DNA of 39,764 nt from UHGV virus genome UHGV-0145637, one strand, 5' to 3'. Both the position numbers and the translations under genes were made by a program. How positions within the stretch are numbered: the first letter of the stretch is position 1; the number at the start of each line of letters is the position of its first letter. The notes beneath the pieces are model-generated. The model ran no database searches. It saw only the letters and a list, made by a program, of their open reading frames with translations, and was not told the DNA's origin. Below are positions 18,462 through 28,265 of the stretch, in pieces. The stretch is from a virus.

Positions 18462-18638
18462 TGGTTTAAGGTATACAAACGCATTGCCTTACCCTCTTCA
18501 GGCGCGTGTCGTGATTTTCTAACCTGTATTTAACGGGCTTTAAAATCTGCGTGAAGCGCCTTTCTCATTTTTCCCCTGTCAGCACTTTCTGAAGTCCCGC
18601 AAAACCGGCCCCGAAAAACACCGGCTTATGCTGCCGGA
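18462..18638. other. Non-coding gap between G-like and I-like genes; candidate strong gyrase site
   Basis: 177-bp ORF-free gap in an otherwise tightly packed operon, near the genome centre, at the same gene junction where the Mu strong gyrase site lies. Confidence 0.4.
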
Positions 18639-19763
18639 ATGAAGACGAAAAACACGCCCAAACTTGCTTATGCCATTCTGAATGCCATCAGCCTGTCCGC
18701 AGACGGGGACGGTGACTGGTGTCAGATCATGCCAGCCGGTCGGGTAAAGGCCCGTGACGGTCGCCCGGAAAAACCGGCGGAAGGCTGGCTGATTAACCAT
18801 GCGGCCGTTGAGCGCATGGTATCCCGGGTTGTGGCGCTCAATCAGCCGGTAAAAATTGACTACAACCACCAGACCCTGATTAAGGGGCATCCGGCACCGG
18901 CTGCCGGTTTTGTCATGGCCTCACCGGAAAACTTCCGCTTCAGTGAAGAGCGGGGTTTTGAAGTGCGTCCGGACTGGAACCCTCCGGCCATTGAACACCT
19001 GCGCAATAACGAATTTCCCTGGTTTTCCCCGGTGATTGGTTATGACGAAATCACCGGTGAACCTGTTGAGCTTCGGATGCTGGCTATTACCGGTGACCCC
19101 GGTCTGACTGGCATGAATCCTGTCGCCGCACTGTCGGCGGATGACCTTTATAACGCCTTAAACCCTCCTTTAAAGGACACCTCCATGAATGAGCAATTAC
19201 GCCAGTTGCTGACGGCGCTCGGTCTGACCGTGGCCGACGGTGACGAATTTACACCGGAACTGGGCACGGCGGCGCTGTCTGCCCTTACCGGGATCAAAAC
19301 CCGTGCGGATGCGCACGACACCCTGAAAACGCAGGTTGCCAGCCTGTCGGCAGAGCTGGAAACCGCAAAAGGCACACCAACTGGCGGCACTATTGATCTG
19401 ACGAAATACGTGCCCGTTGAGACGTATAACGCCCTGCGTACCGAATATGTCGCGTTGTCGGCACAACACGGCAGCACCACGCTGGAGCAGTTGCTGGATA
19501 AGGCCGAGTCCGAAGGACGCATTTTCAAAAGCGAACGCGGATACATGGAAGGACTCGGACAACAGATTGGTGTTGCGGCACTTTCTGCACAGCTTGACGC
19601 CCGCCAGCCGGTTGCGGCTCTGACCACTCTTCAGACCGACACCGTAACCGTGCCGGATAAAAAGACCGCCACCGCTGCGCTGTCGGCTGAAGATATCGCC
19701 GCCGCCCATCTGCTGGGTAAAACCGAAGCCGAGTTCCTGAAAATGAAAGAGGAAATGCAATAA
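18639..19763 (+). CDS. Head protease/scaffold protein (Mu I-like)
   Basis: 374 aa directly upstream of the major head gene; Ala-rich C-terminal half typical of scaffold region. Confidence 0.7.
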   Translation: MKTKNTPKLAYAILNAISLSADGDGDWCQIMPAGRVKARDGRPEKPAEGWLINHAAVERMVSRVVALNQPVKIDYNHQTLIKGHPAPAAGFVMASPENFRFSEERGFEVRPDWNPPAIEHLRNNEFPWFSPVIGYDEITGEPVELRMLAITGDPGLTGMNPVAALSADDLYNALNPPLKDTSMNEQLRQLLTALGLTVADGDEFTPELGTAALSALTGIKTRADAHDTLKTQVASLSAELETAKGTPTGGTIDLTKYVPVETYNALRTEYVALSAQHGSTTLEQLLDKAESEGRIFKSERGYMEGLGQQIGVAALSAQLDARQPVAALTTLQTDTVTVPDKKTATAALSAEDIAAAHLLGKTEAEFLKMKEEMQ

Positions 19764-20710
19764 TGCCTACCCCGATCACACCGGCGATGATCACCGCCCT
19801 GATGACGGGCTACCGTTCTGATTTTCAGGCCGGGATGTCCATGGCTCCGTCTCAGTACCAGAAAATTGCGATGACCGTACCGTCCACGTCGAAATCCAAC
19901 ACCTACGGCTGGCTGGGGCAGTTCCCGCAGTTCCGTGAGTGGATCGGCTCCCGCGTCATCGAGAAGATGAAAGCCTATGGCTACGCCATCGTGAACAAAA
20001 CCTTTGAAGGCACCGTTGCCATTAGCCGCGATGACTTTGAAGACGACAATCTTGGCATCTACTCCCCGTTGTTCCAGGAGATGGGGCGCGCTGCGGCGGC
20101 ACAACCGGATGAACTGGTCTTTGCTGCACTGCGTGATGGTCTGAATGCGGCCTGCTATGACGGCCAGAACTTCTTTGATACCGAACACCCTGTTTACCCC
20201 AAAGTGGATGGCTCCGGTGATGCACAGATGGTCAGCAATATGTTTGTGGCAAAAACCGGCTCTGTCGGTGCACAGGCGGATTACAGCGGCCCGGCCTGGT
20301 ATCTGCTTGACTGCTCCCGCGCGGTAAAACCGCTGATTTATCAGGATCGCCGCAAGGCCGAACTGGTTGCCCAGACAAAAGTCGATGAAGGCCGTGCGTT
20401 TACTGATAACGAGTTTGTGTTCGGTGCTTCCGCCCGTCGCAATGTGGGCTACGGCTTCTGGCAGATGGCCTACATGATGCAGTCACCGCTGACGCTGGAT
20501 GCGCTGTGGCACGGCTGGTCAGCCATGCGTGACTTTAAGGCTGACGGTGGCCGCAAACTCGGCATCAAACCCACCCATATTGTTGTCCCCACCTCGCTGG
20601 AAAAACAGGCGGTGCAGCTGCTGGAGCGCGAGCTGTTCGCGGACGGTAACACCACCGTCTCTAACGAGATGAAGGGCAAGCTGGAGCTGGTTGTCGCGGA
20701 TTATCTGTAA
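19763..20710 (+). CDS. Major head (capsid) subunit (Mu T-like)
   Basis: 315 aa, position after I-like gene. Confidence 0.75.
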   Translation: MPTPITPAMITALMTGYRSDFQAGMSMAPSQYQKIAMTVPSTSKSNTYGWLGQFPQFREWIGSRVIEKMKAYGYAIVNKTFEGTVAISRDDFEDDNLGIYSPLFQEMGRAAAAQPDELVFAALRDGLNAACYDGQNFFDTEHPVYPKVDGSGDAQMVSNMFVAKTGSVGAQADYSGPAWYLLDCSRAVKPLIYQDRRKAELVAQTKVDEGRAFTDNEFVFGASARRNVGYGFWQMAYMMQSPLTLDALWHGWSAMRDFKADGGRKLGIKPTHIVVPTSLEKQAVQLLERELFADGNTTVSNEMKGKLELVVADYL

Positions 20711-20753
20711 ACGGTGAGCCGGGCTTACGGCCCGGCCCCTGCGGAGGGCAAAT

Positions 20754-21107
20754 ATGAATGAACATCACACTGTGGCAGCAACAGATGATTCAGGCCTTCA
20801 GGTCAGTGGTGACAGTCCTGTCACGGTACTGGCAGAAGTGCGTTGCAGTCGTGCGCAGTTTCGTCGTGCGGGGTTCCTGTTCATGCGGGGACGCCAGCAG
20901 GTTGACGTCACCCCGGAGCAGCTTGCCCGACTGGAAGCGGAGCCATGCCTCACTGTACGAATACTACAGACGCCTGGTGATGATGCGGGAGCCGTGGCGG
21001 GTGTGGTTCATGCAGAGACCGGTGCAGATTTAGCCGAAGCCGGACAGGATGCTCCCCGGAAAAAGACCGGCAATAACGCCAGACAGGCGAAAAAGGCTCG
21101 CGCATGA
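20754..21107 (+). CDS. Hypothetical head-region protein
   Basis: GGAGGG RBS; stop overlaps next start (ATGA). Confidence 0.45.
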   Translation: MNEHHTVAATDDSGLQVSGDSPVTVLAEVRCSRAQFRRAGFLFMRGRQQVDVTPEQLARLEAEPCLTVRILQTPGDDAGAVAGVVHAETGADLAEAGQDAPRKKTGNNARQAKKARA

Positions 21108-21523
21108 ATTACGCCACCGAAACCGATATGCGGGCACGTTACCGCGAGGATTTGCTCAGGCCATTACTGGCCGTGCCCCGTTCGGATGAGCCGGACACAC
21201 GCAAGCTGAACCGGGCACTGACGGACGCGTCTGCCCTTATCGACAGTTACCTGTCTGCCCGTTACACGCTGCCGCTGGCGGTGGTTCCGGCGGTCCTTGT
21301 TCAGCATTGCTGCACGATTGCCTTTTATTACCTGTGCGATCAGCGGGCATCCGATCAGGCGCGTGACCGTTACCGTGAGGCGCTGGCCTGGCTGAAAGAT
21401 GTCATGAACGGTAACGTGCCGGTCGGCGTGGATACAGACGGTGCGGCCCCTGAATCCGGGGATTTACCGCAGGTGCAGTCTGATGCGGCGGTGTTCGGGC
21501 GCAACCAGAAGGGCTTTATATGA
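21104..21523 (+). CDS. Head-tail joining protein (Mu gp36-like)
   Basis: 139 aa, position between capsid and sheath genes. Confidence 0.55.
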   Translation: MNYATETDMRARYREDLLRPLLAVPRSDEPDTRKLNRALTDASALIDSYLSARYTLPLAVVPAVLVQHCCTIAFYYLCDQRASDQARDRYREALAWLKDVMNGNVPVGVDTDGAAPESGDLPQVQSDAAVFGRNQKGFI

Positions 21524-22083
21524 TTACGGAAACCGAGCAAGCGTACATCGCCCGTATCCGTGAGTATTTCGGGAATGAACTGGTGTCTGTTGACACACAT
21601 CCCGGCGACTGGAGCGACAGCGTACTGCGTACCATGCTGATTAACGCCCCGGCTATCTATGTTGCCTGGCTGGGTGCCGGTGAAGGGCGTACCCGTGGGC
21701 GTCTGGTCAGTCACTGGGTGTTCTACGTCATCGGCGACATGCTCAATGGCCGTGAGGTCAGCCGTCCCGGGCTTTATCAGATTGTGGCCCGCCTGATTAC
21801 CTTGCTGGACGGCTTCAGAGCAGAAAAAACCTCACCGCTTTACTTTGAAAAGGCGGTCAACGGTTACACCGAAACGCAGGCAGGCAGCGGTGCCGTGATG
21901 TACGCCCTGTATTTCTCATGCGAGGAAATGATCGACCCGCTGACGGATATCAGCTCGCTGGATGATTTCCTGCGCCATTACGAAACCTTTACCGAACCGG
22001 AAGGCACGCCGGAGTTTAAGGCACACATCCGTCTGCCTGGTGCAACTGCCGCCGGTGAAAACGCCGGACCGTCAGAGGAATAA
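21520..22083 (+). CDS. Head-tail joining / tail completion protein (Mu gp37-like)
   Basis: 187 aa, position, translational coupling. Confidence 0.55.
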   Translation: MITETEQAYIARIREYFGNELVSVDTHPGDWSDSVLRTMLINAPAIYVAWLGAGEGRTRGRLVSHWVFYVIGDMLNGREVSRPGLYQIVARLITLLDGFRAEKTSPLYFEKAVNGYTETQAGSGAVMYALYFSCEEMIDPLTDISSLDDFLRHYETFTEPEGTPEFKAHIRLPGATAAGENAGPSEE

Positions 22084-22086
22084 CAG

Positions 22087-22365
22087 ATGACAACCATTTT
22101 TATTAAACCTGCGCCGGGATGCCTGATTCGCGATCCCGACACGATGACTCCGCTCTCACAGGACGGTGAAGAGAAACCCTTCACTCCGTTCTGGTGCCGC
22201 CGTCTTAATGATGGTGACGTCATTGTGGTGGATAAAACGGAGGAGCCTGCCCCGGCTGCCACAACAGGTAATACCGGCGCGGCGGCAAAACCAGCGGGAG
22301 CGGCAGCAGAAAAAACTGCGGCGGTGGCTGAAAAAACCGCAGCATCAGATAAGGGGACGTCCTGA
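22087..22365 (+). CDS. Small tail-region protein (Mu gp38-like)
   Basis: 92 aa, Ala/Pro-rich C-terminus, just upstream of sheath. Confidence 0.45.
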   Translation: MTTIFIKPAPGCLIRDPDTMTPLSQDGEEKPFTPFWCRRLNDGDVIVVDKTEEPAPAATTGNTGAAAKPAGAAAEKTAAVAEKTAASDKGTS

Positions 22366-23867
22366 TGATTAACTTTGATTATATCGGCGATAACAATCGC
22401 ATTCCGCTGGTACAGATTGAAATCAATAATTCAATGGCCGTGACCGGCACTCCACCACAGCGTCAGGCGGTACTGTTGTTTGGTCAGGCTGCAATGAAAG
22501 ACACCACCATTCAGGGGCGCGGTCAGCTTGATGTACCAGTACGTATTACCCGAGCTTCACAAGCAAGAGAACTCTGGGGGCGAGGTTCCATGATTGCACT
22601 GATGGTAGAGGAATTTATCGCCATTAACCCTGACACAGAGTTATATGCCATTGCACAGGGGGCTGGAACAGGTCAGTCCAGGGCATGCGTGATGAATATC
22701 ATTGGAACAGCATTGGCAGACGGGGTGTTAAGTGTTTACATCGGCGGTCGCCGTTACCTCCTGCCCGTCAGTAAGGGGAAAAAAGGTAAAGAGCTTGTGG
22801 AAGAGCTGGCTAAGGTCATTAACGCTGACACTGATGCGCCATTCACTGCTATCGCAGCTGAAGTCAGTGGTGATAATGCTGAAGGACTTAAAGGCAGCAT
22901 GGGGGTTAACGCCCGCTTTATCGGTGAATGCTCAGCTCATGATTTACGGGTGAACTATTATGACGGTGAAACTACACCGGCCGGTCTTACGCTGGAGCTC
23001 GTCGCGCCAACACAGAAGGCAACAAACCCCGATATCACCCGTAGCGTCTCAGGGATGGGGAATCGTCAGTACAACTACATCGTCATGCCCTATAAGGATG
23101 CGGCAAATCTCAAAATTCTGGCGGATGAACTGCTGAAACGCTGGGGACCGGTAAAAATGTCGGACGGTATGGTCTGGATGGCGCATACCGGCACCTTCGG
23201 TACGGCAACCAGTTTTGGTGAATCCCGTAATGACTTCCTGTTTACCTGCACTTCTATTCCTAAAGCACCAGAGCCGGATTATGTCTGGGCTGCCTCCATT
23301 TGTGCGGTCTGTGCGCCCTCCCTGTCAACGGATCCGGCCCGACCATTACAGACACTGGCGCTGCCTGCCCGTATGGCACCTGAAGCACCGGATCGTCTGA
23401 CGCGGGAAGAGCGAAACAGCCTGCTTTATACCGGCATGTCCACGGTGACCGTTGCGGCCGCTGATGTGGTGCAGATTGAACGTCAGGTGACGATGTACCG
23501 TCAGAATGCATACGGCGAAAGCGATCCCAGCTATCTGGATGTAGAAACCATCTACACCCTGTCATATCTGCGTTATTCCCTGCGCACCTTTATCACGCAG
23601 CGTTTCCCGCGCCACAAACTGGCCGATAACGGTACTCCCGTCCGGCCCGGTCAGAATATCGTGACGCCGGAGATTATGACGCTCCAGCTGATTGCACTGG
23701 GGGAAGAATGGGTGGAACTCGGGCTGGTCGAAAATCTGGACACCTTTAAAAAGAATCTGCTCGTGGAGCGCAACACAAAAGACCGTAACCGTCTGGATGT
23801 GATGTGTACACCGGATCTGGTTAACCAGTTCCGCTTCATGGCCGCGCAGATCCGTTTCATTTTGTGA
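22365..23867 (+). CDS. Tail sheath protein (Mu L-like)
   Basis: 500 aa followed by a tube-sized gene, then chaperone and tape measure. Confidence 0.8.
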   Translation: MINFDYIGDNNRIPLVQIEINNSMAVTGTPPQRQAVLLFGQAAMKDTTIQGRGQLDVPVRITRASQARELWGRGSMIALMVEEFIAINPDTELYAIAQGAGTGQSRACVMNIIGTALADGVLSVYIGGRRYLLPVSKGKKGKELVEELAKVINADTDAPFTAIAAEVSGDNAEGLKGSMGVNARFIGECSAHDLRVNYYDGETTPAGLTLELVAPTQKATNPDITRSVSGMGNRQYNYIVMPYKDAANLKILADELLKRWGPVKMSDGMVWMAHTGTFGTATSFGESRNDFLFTCTSIPKAPEPDYVWAASICAVCAPSLSTDPARPLQTLALPARMAPEAPDRLTREERNSLLYTGMSTVTVAAADVVQIERQVTMYRQNAYGESDPSYLDVETIYTLSYLRYSLRTFITQRFPRHKLADNGTPVRPGQNIVTPEIMTLQLIALGEEWVELGLVENLDTFKKNLLVERNTKDRNRLDVMCTPDLVNQFRFMAAQIRFIL

Positions 23868-23875
23868 GGTAAGGC

Positions 23876-24241
23876 ATGAGCGGAAAACAGCATCAGGGCA
23901 CGGCCACCATCCGTGTGAACGGACAGGAGTACGCCACCCTTGAGGGAGCCACGTTCTCCCCGTCCGGCTTTGAGCGTGAAGTGGTGAAAGGCGCGAAAGT
24001 CTATGGCTATCGTGAGAAACCCCGTGAGGCGACGCTGGACTGTAAATTTCCGGCAGGCGGAGAAGGTTCACCGGCTGCCGATGAAATCAACACCTGGACT
24101 GCGGTCACGATTGAGTTCGTGGCCGATACCGGTGAAGTCCACATGATGACGAAGGCCTGGAGCAGTGAACCGGCCTCGCTTGACGGTGGCGGTGATATCT
24201 CCGCGAAGTTCGCCAGCGCCACCAGTACCCGTGTCCAGTAA
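23876..24241 (+). CDS. Tail tube protein (Mu M-like)
   Basis: 121 aa directly after sheath. Confidence 0.75.
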   Translation: MSGKQHQGTATIRVNGQEYATLEGATFSPSGFEREVVKGAKVYGYREKPREATLDCKFPAGGEGSPAADEINTWTAVTIEFVADTGEVHMMTKAWSSEPASLDGGGDISAKFASATSTRVQ

Positions 24242-24255
24242 TCAGGAAAAATGCA

Positions 24256-24735
24256 ATGACCACACGTAAGAAAAAAACGGCGGTTTCTGACGAGGCCGTG
24301 ATGGAGGCTATCCGGGATGCACTTGAAGACGGCGATCCCCGCACCGCCGGGCTGGCTGAACAGCTGGCGAACGGCTATGTGGATCTGCTCGACGGTCTGC
24401 CGTTCGGGGAATCCCGTGAATACCGCGTCACCTTCCGCGAACTGACGGCGAAAGACAGCATTGACGCGGAAACCGAGGCCGAGCGTCTTATGGAAACCCG
24501 AAATGGCGGCCCGGTTCTGATAGCCTCGCCGGCACTGCGCGGCATTGCACTGCTGCGCCGTCAGATTGCCGCTGTTGGCCAGATTGAGGGGCCATTGTCT
24601 CCGCGTCAGATCGGACAGCTCAGCGAGCGCGATCTCTCCCGTCTGATGGCGGCGGTAAGCCTGCTTGATTCCGCGATGGCAGGAAAGCTGGTCGCTGAAC
24701 GGGGGCGACCAGATGCAGTGCCGGGATCAGATTGA
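24256..24735 (+). CDS. Tail assembly chaperone, with candidate frameshift extension to 24859
   Basis: 159-aa ORF between tube and tape measure; overlapping ORF 24665..24859 in the +1 (equivalently -2) frame ends 4 nt before the tape-measure start. Confidence 0.6.
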   Translation: MTTRKKKTAVSDEAVMEAIRDALEDGDPRTAGLAEQLANGYVDLLDGLPFGESREYRVTFRELTAKDSIDAETEAERLMETRNGGPVLIASPALRGIALLRRQIAAVGQIEGPLSPRQIGQLSERDLSRLMAAVSLLDSAMAGKLVAERGRPDAVPGSD

Positions 24736-24862
24736 AGAAGCCGCAATTGTGCTGGGGATGGTGACAAAAAGCGGCCCGGAGTGGGCGCTTAACCTCCCTT
24801 TATCGCAGCTTTACCGGCACTGCCGACAGACCGAAAAAATTCTCAGAACGAAGCAGTAACCC

Positions 24863-26920
24863 ATGGCAAAAAACCTGAAAGCCTCCCTGATTGTCGATTT
24901 ACTCGGCAATATTTCCGCCAAATCCCGCCAGTGGTCACAGGAGCTGGGGGCGTTCTCCCGTTCCGGCAGGACAGGCCTGGGTGGTCTTGGAAATGCAGCC
25001 CGCCGGGCCGGTCAGGAAACAGAACTTGTCGGCTCCCGTATGCAGCGAACGCTTGCCGGTGTTCGTGGCAGCATCCGCACGGTAACGTCAGATTTTGACC
25101 GCCTGCAGGGCAGCATTACCGGCACCATCGGGCGGATAAGCAACCTTTACGGGATGCTGGCGGGAGGGGCTGCGGTCTACGGTTTTAATAAAGCCTTTAT
25201 CCGCCCGGCCGCAGAGATGGAGAACTATATTCTGCGTCTCAACGCCATTAATCATGGCGATACGGCAAAAACGGAAGCAGTGAAAGCCTGGGCAGTACAG
25301 AACGCCAAAGACACCACCTGGGGGCTGGCGGGGGTTATGCAGGAATACGCCTCCAGTCGCGGGTTTGGCATGAGTGACAGGGAAGCCCGTCGCTTTATTA
25401 CCATGCTTCAGGATCAGGGCGGCTATCACGGCTGGTCACTGTCAGATGCACAGGGTGCGTCCCTGCAACTCAAACAGATGTTTGCCCGCCAGAGTATCCA
25501 GGCAGCGGACGCCAATATTCTGACCGGATACGGGATTAACGTTTACCAGTTACTGGCCGATAAGCTGGGCGTAAACCAGAAGATCATCCGTGAGAAAGGC
25601 GAAAAAGGAAAACTGGGGCCGGACAGCATTCGCCTGTTATTTCAGGTGATGGCCGAACAGGCAAAAGGTGCCCAGAAAAACGCCATGAATTCCTGGACGG
25701 GAATGACGTCCATGATGGGCGACGTCTGGGACGGATTTGCCCGCGAGGTGATGGCAAAGGGACCGTTTGACAGCCTGAAAAAGAGCCTGAAAGGCTTCCT
25801 GGATTATGCCGATGCGGCACAGAAAAGCGGCTTACAGGATAAGCTGGCCACACAGACGGCCTCAGCTCTGAATCAGGGATTTGAGTATGCCAGAGACGCT
25901 GCGACCGGCTTTTACCGGGTCATTCAGAAAGTCAGGGAAACGCTTCAGGCACTGCGCGACGCCGGTTATGGCGATGCGCTGGATCGCATTGGTCAGGGTG
26001 CGCAGACCGCCGCAAAGTACCTGATGTATATGTATCTCGCCTCCCGTGCGCTGAAGGTGCTCAGGTTTGCGGGGACGGGGGTATTACGTCTCGGCGCAAC
26101 CCCCTTACGCTATGGCATGGCGATGACCTCCGTGCTGACGTCGCCCTTCCGCAAACCGCAGACCACTGTACCGGGAACGCAGCCCGGACGCGCTGGCCGG
26201 TTCCTGAATTTCCTTACCGGGGTAAATCCGGCTGCCGTTCAGCCCGTGCTGGTCACCAACTGGCCTGCGGGTGGCCTGGCCTCAGGTGGCGGGGATGTGG
26301 TGGTCAGCGGTGACGGCAAAACCGTGCGCGGCCGTAAAAAACGCGGCCCCGGACGTGGACGGGGTGTCACGACCGTCGTGACTGCCGGTGAGCAACTGGC
26401 GGAGAGTGCCGGTAAACAGGGCTTCTTCGGTCGTATGATGAGCCGTGCCGGTGGTCTGCTAACGGCGGCCGGAAACCGCATGGGGCTGGGGCGTTTTGCC
26501 GGGCTGTTCCGTGGTGCCGGTCGGCTGGGTGGTGGTGCCCTGTGGGCCGGTGCCATGGCGGCTCCTGTACTGCTGGACAGCAGCGCCAGTGCAGCCGATA
26601 AAGCCGGTGCCGTGGGTTCCCTTGCCGGAAGTATCGCCGGTGGCGCGCTGGGGGCGGCTGCTGGTCCGGTCGGGGTTGCCATTGGTTCCACGGTGGGCAG
26701 CTATCTCGGTGATTATCTGGGGGGCTGGCTGACGCAGGCCTGGCAGAAACTGCGTGGCGGCAGTGACGAAAACGGCGGACAGGCCACCGCGAAAACCGCC
26801 GCACGGGTGGAGCTTGTGGCCCCTGAAGGCTGGCGGGCGCGCAGTATTGATGTGGATGATACCGCACAGCATGGCCTGGATGTGAACGTCTGGAACGGAG
26901 GGAACTATGGCCTCTACTGA
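24863..26920 (+). CDS. Tail tape measure protein
   Basis: 685 aa, largest tail ORF, Gly/Ala-rich C-terminal region. Confidence 0.8.
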   Translation: MAKNLKASLIVDLLGNISAKSRQWSQELGAFSRSGRTGLGGLGNAARRAGQETELVGSRMQRTLAGVRGSIRTVTSDFDRLQGSITGTIGRISNLYGMLAGGAAVYGFNKAFIRPAAEMENYILRLNAINHGDTAKTEAVKAWAVQNAKDTTWGLAGVMQEYASSRGFGMSDREARRFITMLQDQGGYHGWSLSDAQGASLQLKQMFARQSIQAADANILTGYGINVYQLLADKLGVNQKIIREKGEKGKLGPDSIRLLFQVMAEQAKGAQKNAMNSWTGMTSMMGDVWDGFAREVMAKGPFDSLKKSLKGFLDYADAAQKSGLQDKLATQTASALNQGFEYARDAATGFYRVIQKVRETLQALRDAGYGDALDRIGQGAQTAAKYLMYMYLASRALKVLRFAGTGVLRLGATPLRYGMAMTSVLTSPFRKPQTTVPGTQPGRAGRFLNFLTGVNPAAVQPVLVTNWPAGGLASGGGDVVVSGDGKTVRGRKKRGPGRGRGVTTVVTAGEQLAESAGKQGFFGRMMSRAGGLLTAAGNRMGLGRFAGLFRGAGRLGGGALWAGAMAAPVLLDSSASAADKAGAVGSLAGSIAGGALGAAAGPVGVAIGSTVGSYLGDYLGGWLTQAWQKLRGGSDENGGQATAKTAARVELVAPEGWRARSIDVDDTAQHGLDVNVWNGGNYGLY

Positions 26921-28265
26921 CACGCCGGGGCGTGGCTCCTTTCGTGGCGTACCGTTCCTGGTTTATCAGGAGCAGCGGGAACGGGGCGGACGTAACATTG
27001 TGCGCCGTGAATACCCACTGCGTGAAAGCGGCGGTGCGGATGATCTGGGGCCAAAACTCCCGGAGTTCACATTCACGGTTCTGGTTACCGGAGACGATCT
27101 TCAGACACAGCGAAGCCGCCTGCGTGATGCGCTGCGTGCACCCGGTGCCGGTGAACTGATGCACCCGGATTACGGCACGTTAAACGTGCTGATAAACAGC
27201 TTTGAAAGCCGTTATAACGCCAGCGAGCAGGGAACGGTTGAGTTCACGATCAACGTGATCCCCGCCAGTGACGATACCGCCCCTGCGGTGGCAGAAGATA
27301 CGGCAGCTGCGCTGGAGCAGAAAAGCGGCTCAGCAATGAATCAGCTGTTTAACACGCTTTCAGACGGCTGGACGGTGATTTCAGACGGTCTGCATGATGT
27401 ACAGGCCATGACCGACACCATCAGCGATAAGATTGATGCACTGGAGAATGCCGTTTCGGGGATGGGGATTGTGCAGGATATCAGTGCCTTTACGGCCAGT
27501 TTTACTGCCCTGAAAGGCAATGCCGCCGCCCTGATTAATGCGCCCCGTCGCATGGCTGAATCGCTGGCCGGAATGTTTGCCGTGCTGACCGGGCTGCCCG
27601 GCGATCCTTCCCTGTCTCTGACCGGAAAAGCCGGAACGCCGTCCGGCAGCCTGACCACAAACCGTGACAGCATGGCAGAGCAGGCCATGCCGCAGCTGTA
27701 CCGCACACTTTCCTCCCTGCGTTACACCCTCAGCGAACAGGATGATCCACAGCGCCTGATTGGCCTGACGCCTGCGGCACAGAAAAATATCCGTCTGCTG
27801 CGGAGCGTGATGCAGAGTGCAACCCTGGTGTCGCAGGCACAGACGCTCGGAAAACTGCTGGATCAGGTCATCCGGCAGAATACGACGCACGTTCAGGATA
27901 CTGACCGTTCGGGCGGACTGGCCTGGCTGGAAAGTTCTGCTGATGTGCAGCGTATCAACCGGGATTTGAGCGATGCCATGGAACAACAGGTGCTGGATCT
28001 GTCCGCACAGGGCTATACCGGGACTGCCCTTGCATTACGTGATGCAGGGCTTGCGCTGACAGAAGATTTAACCACACGGAGCGTGCATCTTCCCGGTGCT
28101 TTTCAGGTCATGGTTCGCACCACCGAACCGGCACTGGTCACGCTGTACCGTGCCACCGGCAACAGCAGTCGCTGGCAGTATTTTGTCCGCAGAAACAATA
28201 TCCCCGATCCGGTTTTTGTTCCGGGTGGCCGCAGCGTGGAGGTGATCAGTGAGCAGCAGGATTGA
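26907..28265 (+). CDS. Mu-like DNA circulation protein (gpP-like)
   Basis: 452 aa after tape measure, as in Mu. Confidence 0.6.
   Translation: MASTDTPGRGSFRGVPFLVYQEQRERGGRNIVRREYPLRESGGADDLGPKLPEFTFTVLVTGDDLQTQRSRLRDALRAPGAGELMHPDYGTLNVLINSFESRYNASEQGTVEFTINVIPASDDTAPAVAEDTAAALEQKSGSAMNQLFNTLSDGWTVISDGLHDVQAMTDTISDKIDALENAVSGMGIVQDISAFTASFTALKGNAAALINAPRRMAESLAGMFAVLTGLPGDPSLSLTGKAGTPSGSLTTNRDSMAEQAMPQLYRTLSSLRYTLSEQDDPQRLIGLTPAAQKNIRLLRSVMQSATLVSQAQTLGKLLDQVIRQNTTHVQDTDRSGGLAWLESSADVQRINRDLSDAMEQQVLDLSAQGYTGTALALRDAGLALTEDLTTRSVHLPGAFQVMVRTTEPALVTLYRATGNSSRWQYFVRRNNIPDPVFVPGGRSVEVISEQQD

Noticed and set aside
20758-21033. 91-aa ORF overlapping gene 20754..21107 in another frame
   Set aside because: The 20754 frame has a good RBS and is translationally coupled to the next gene; the alternative frame is most likely spurious.
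26240-26700. Gly/Ala-rich repetitive stretch considered as a tandem repeat or CRISPR-like array
   Set aside because: It is in frame within the tape-measure gene and encodes low-complexity protein sequence; there are no regular repeat-spacer units.
26239-27164. Long minus-strand ORFs (150 to 265 aa) antisense to the tape-measure gene
   Set aside because: They lie entirely within a long, well-supported GC-rich coding gene on the other strand and have Pro/Arg-rich low-complexity translations typical of shadow ORFs.
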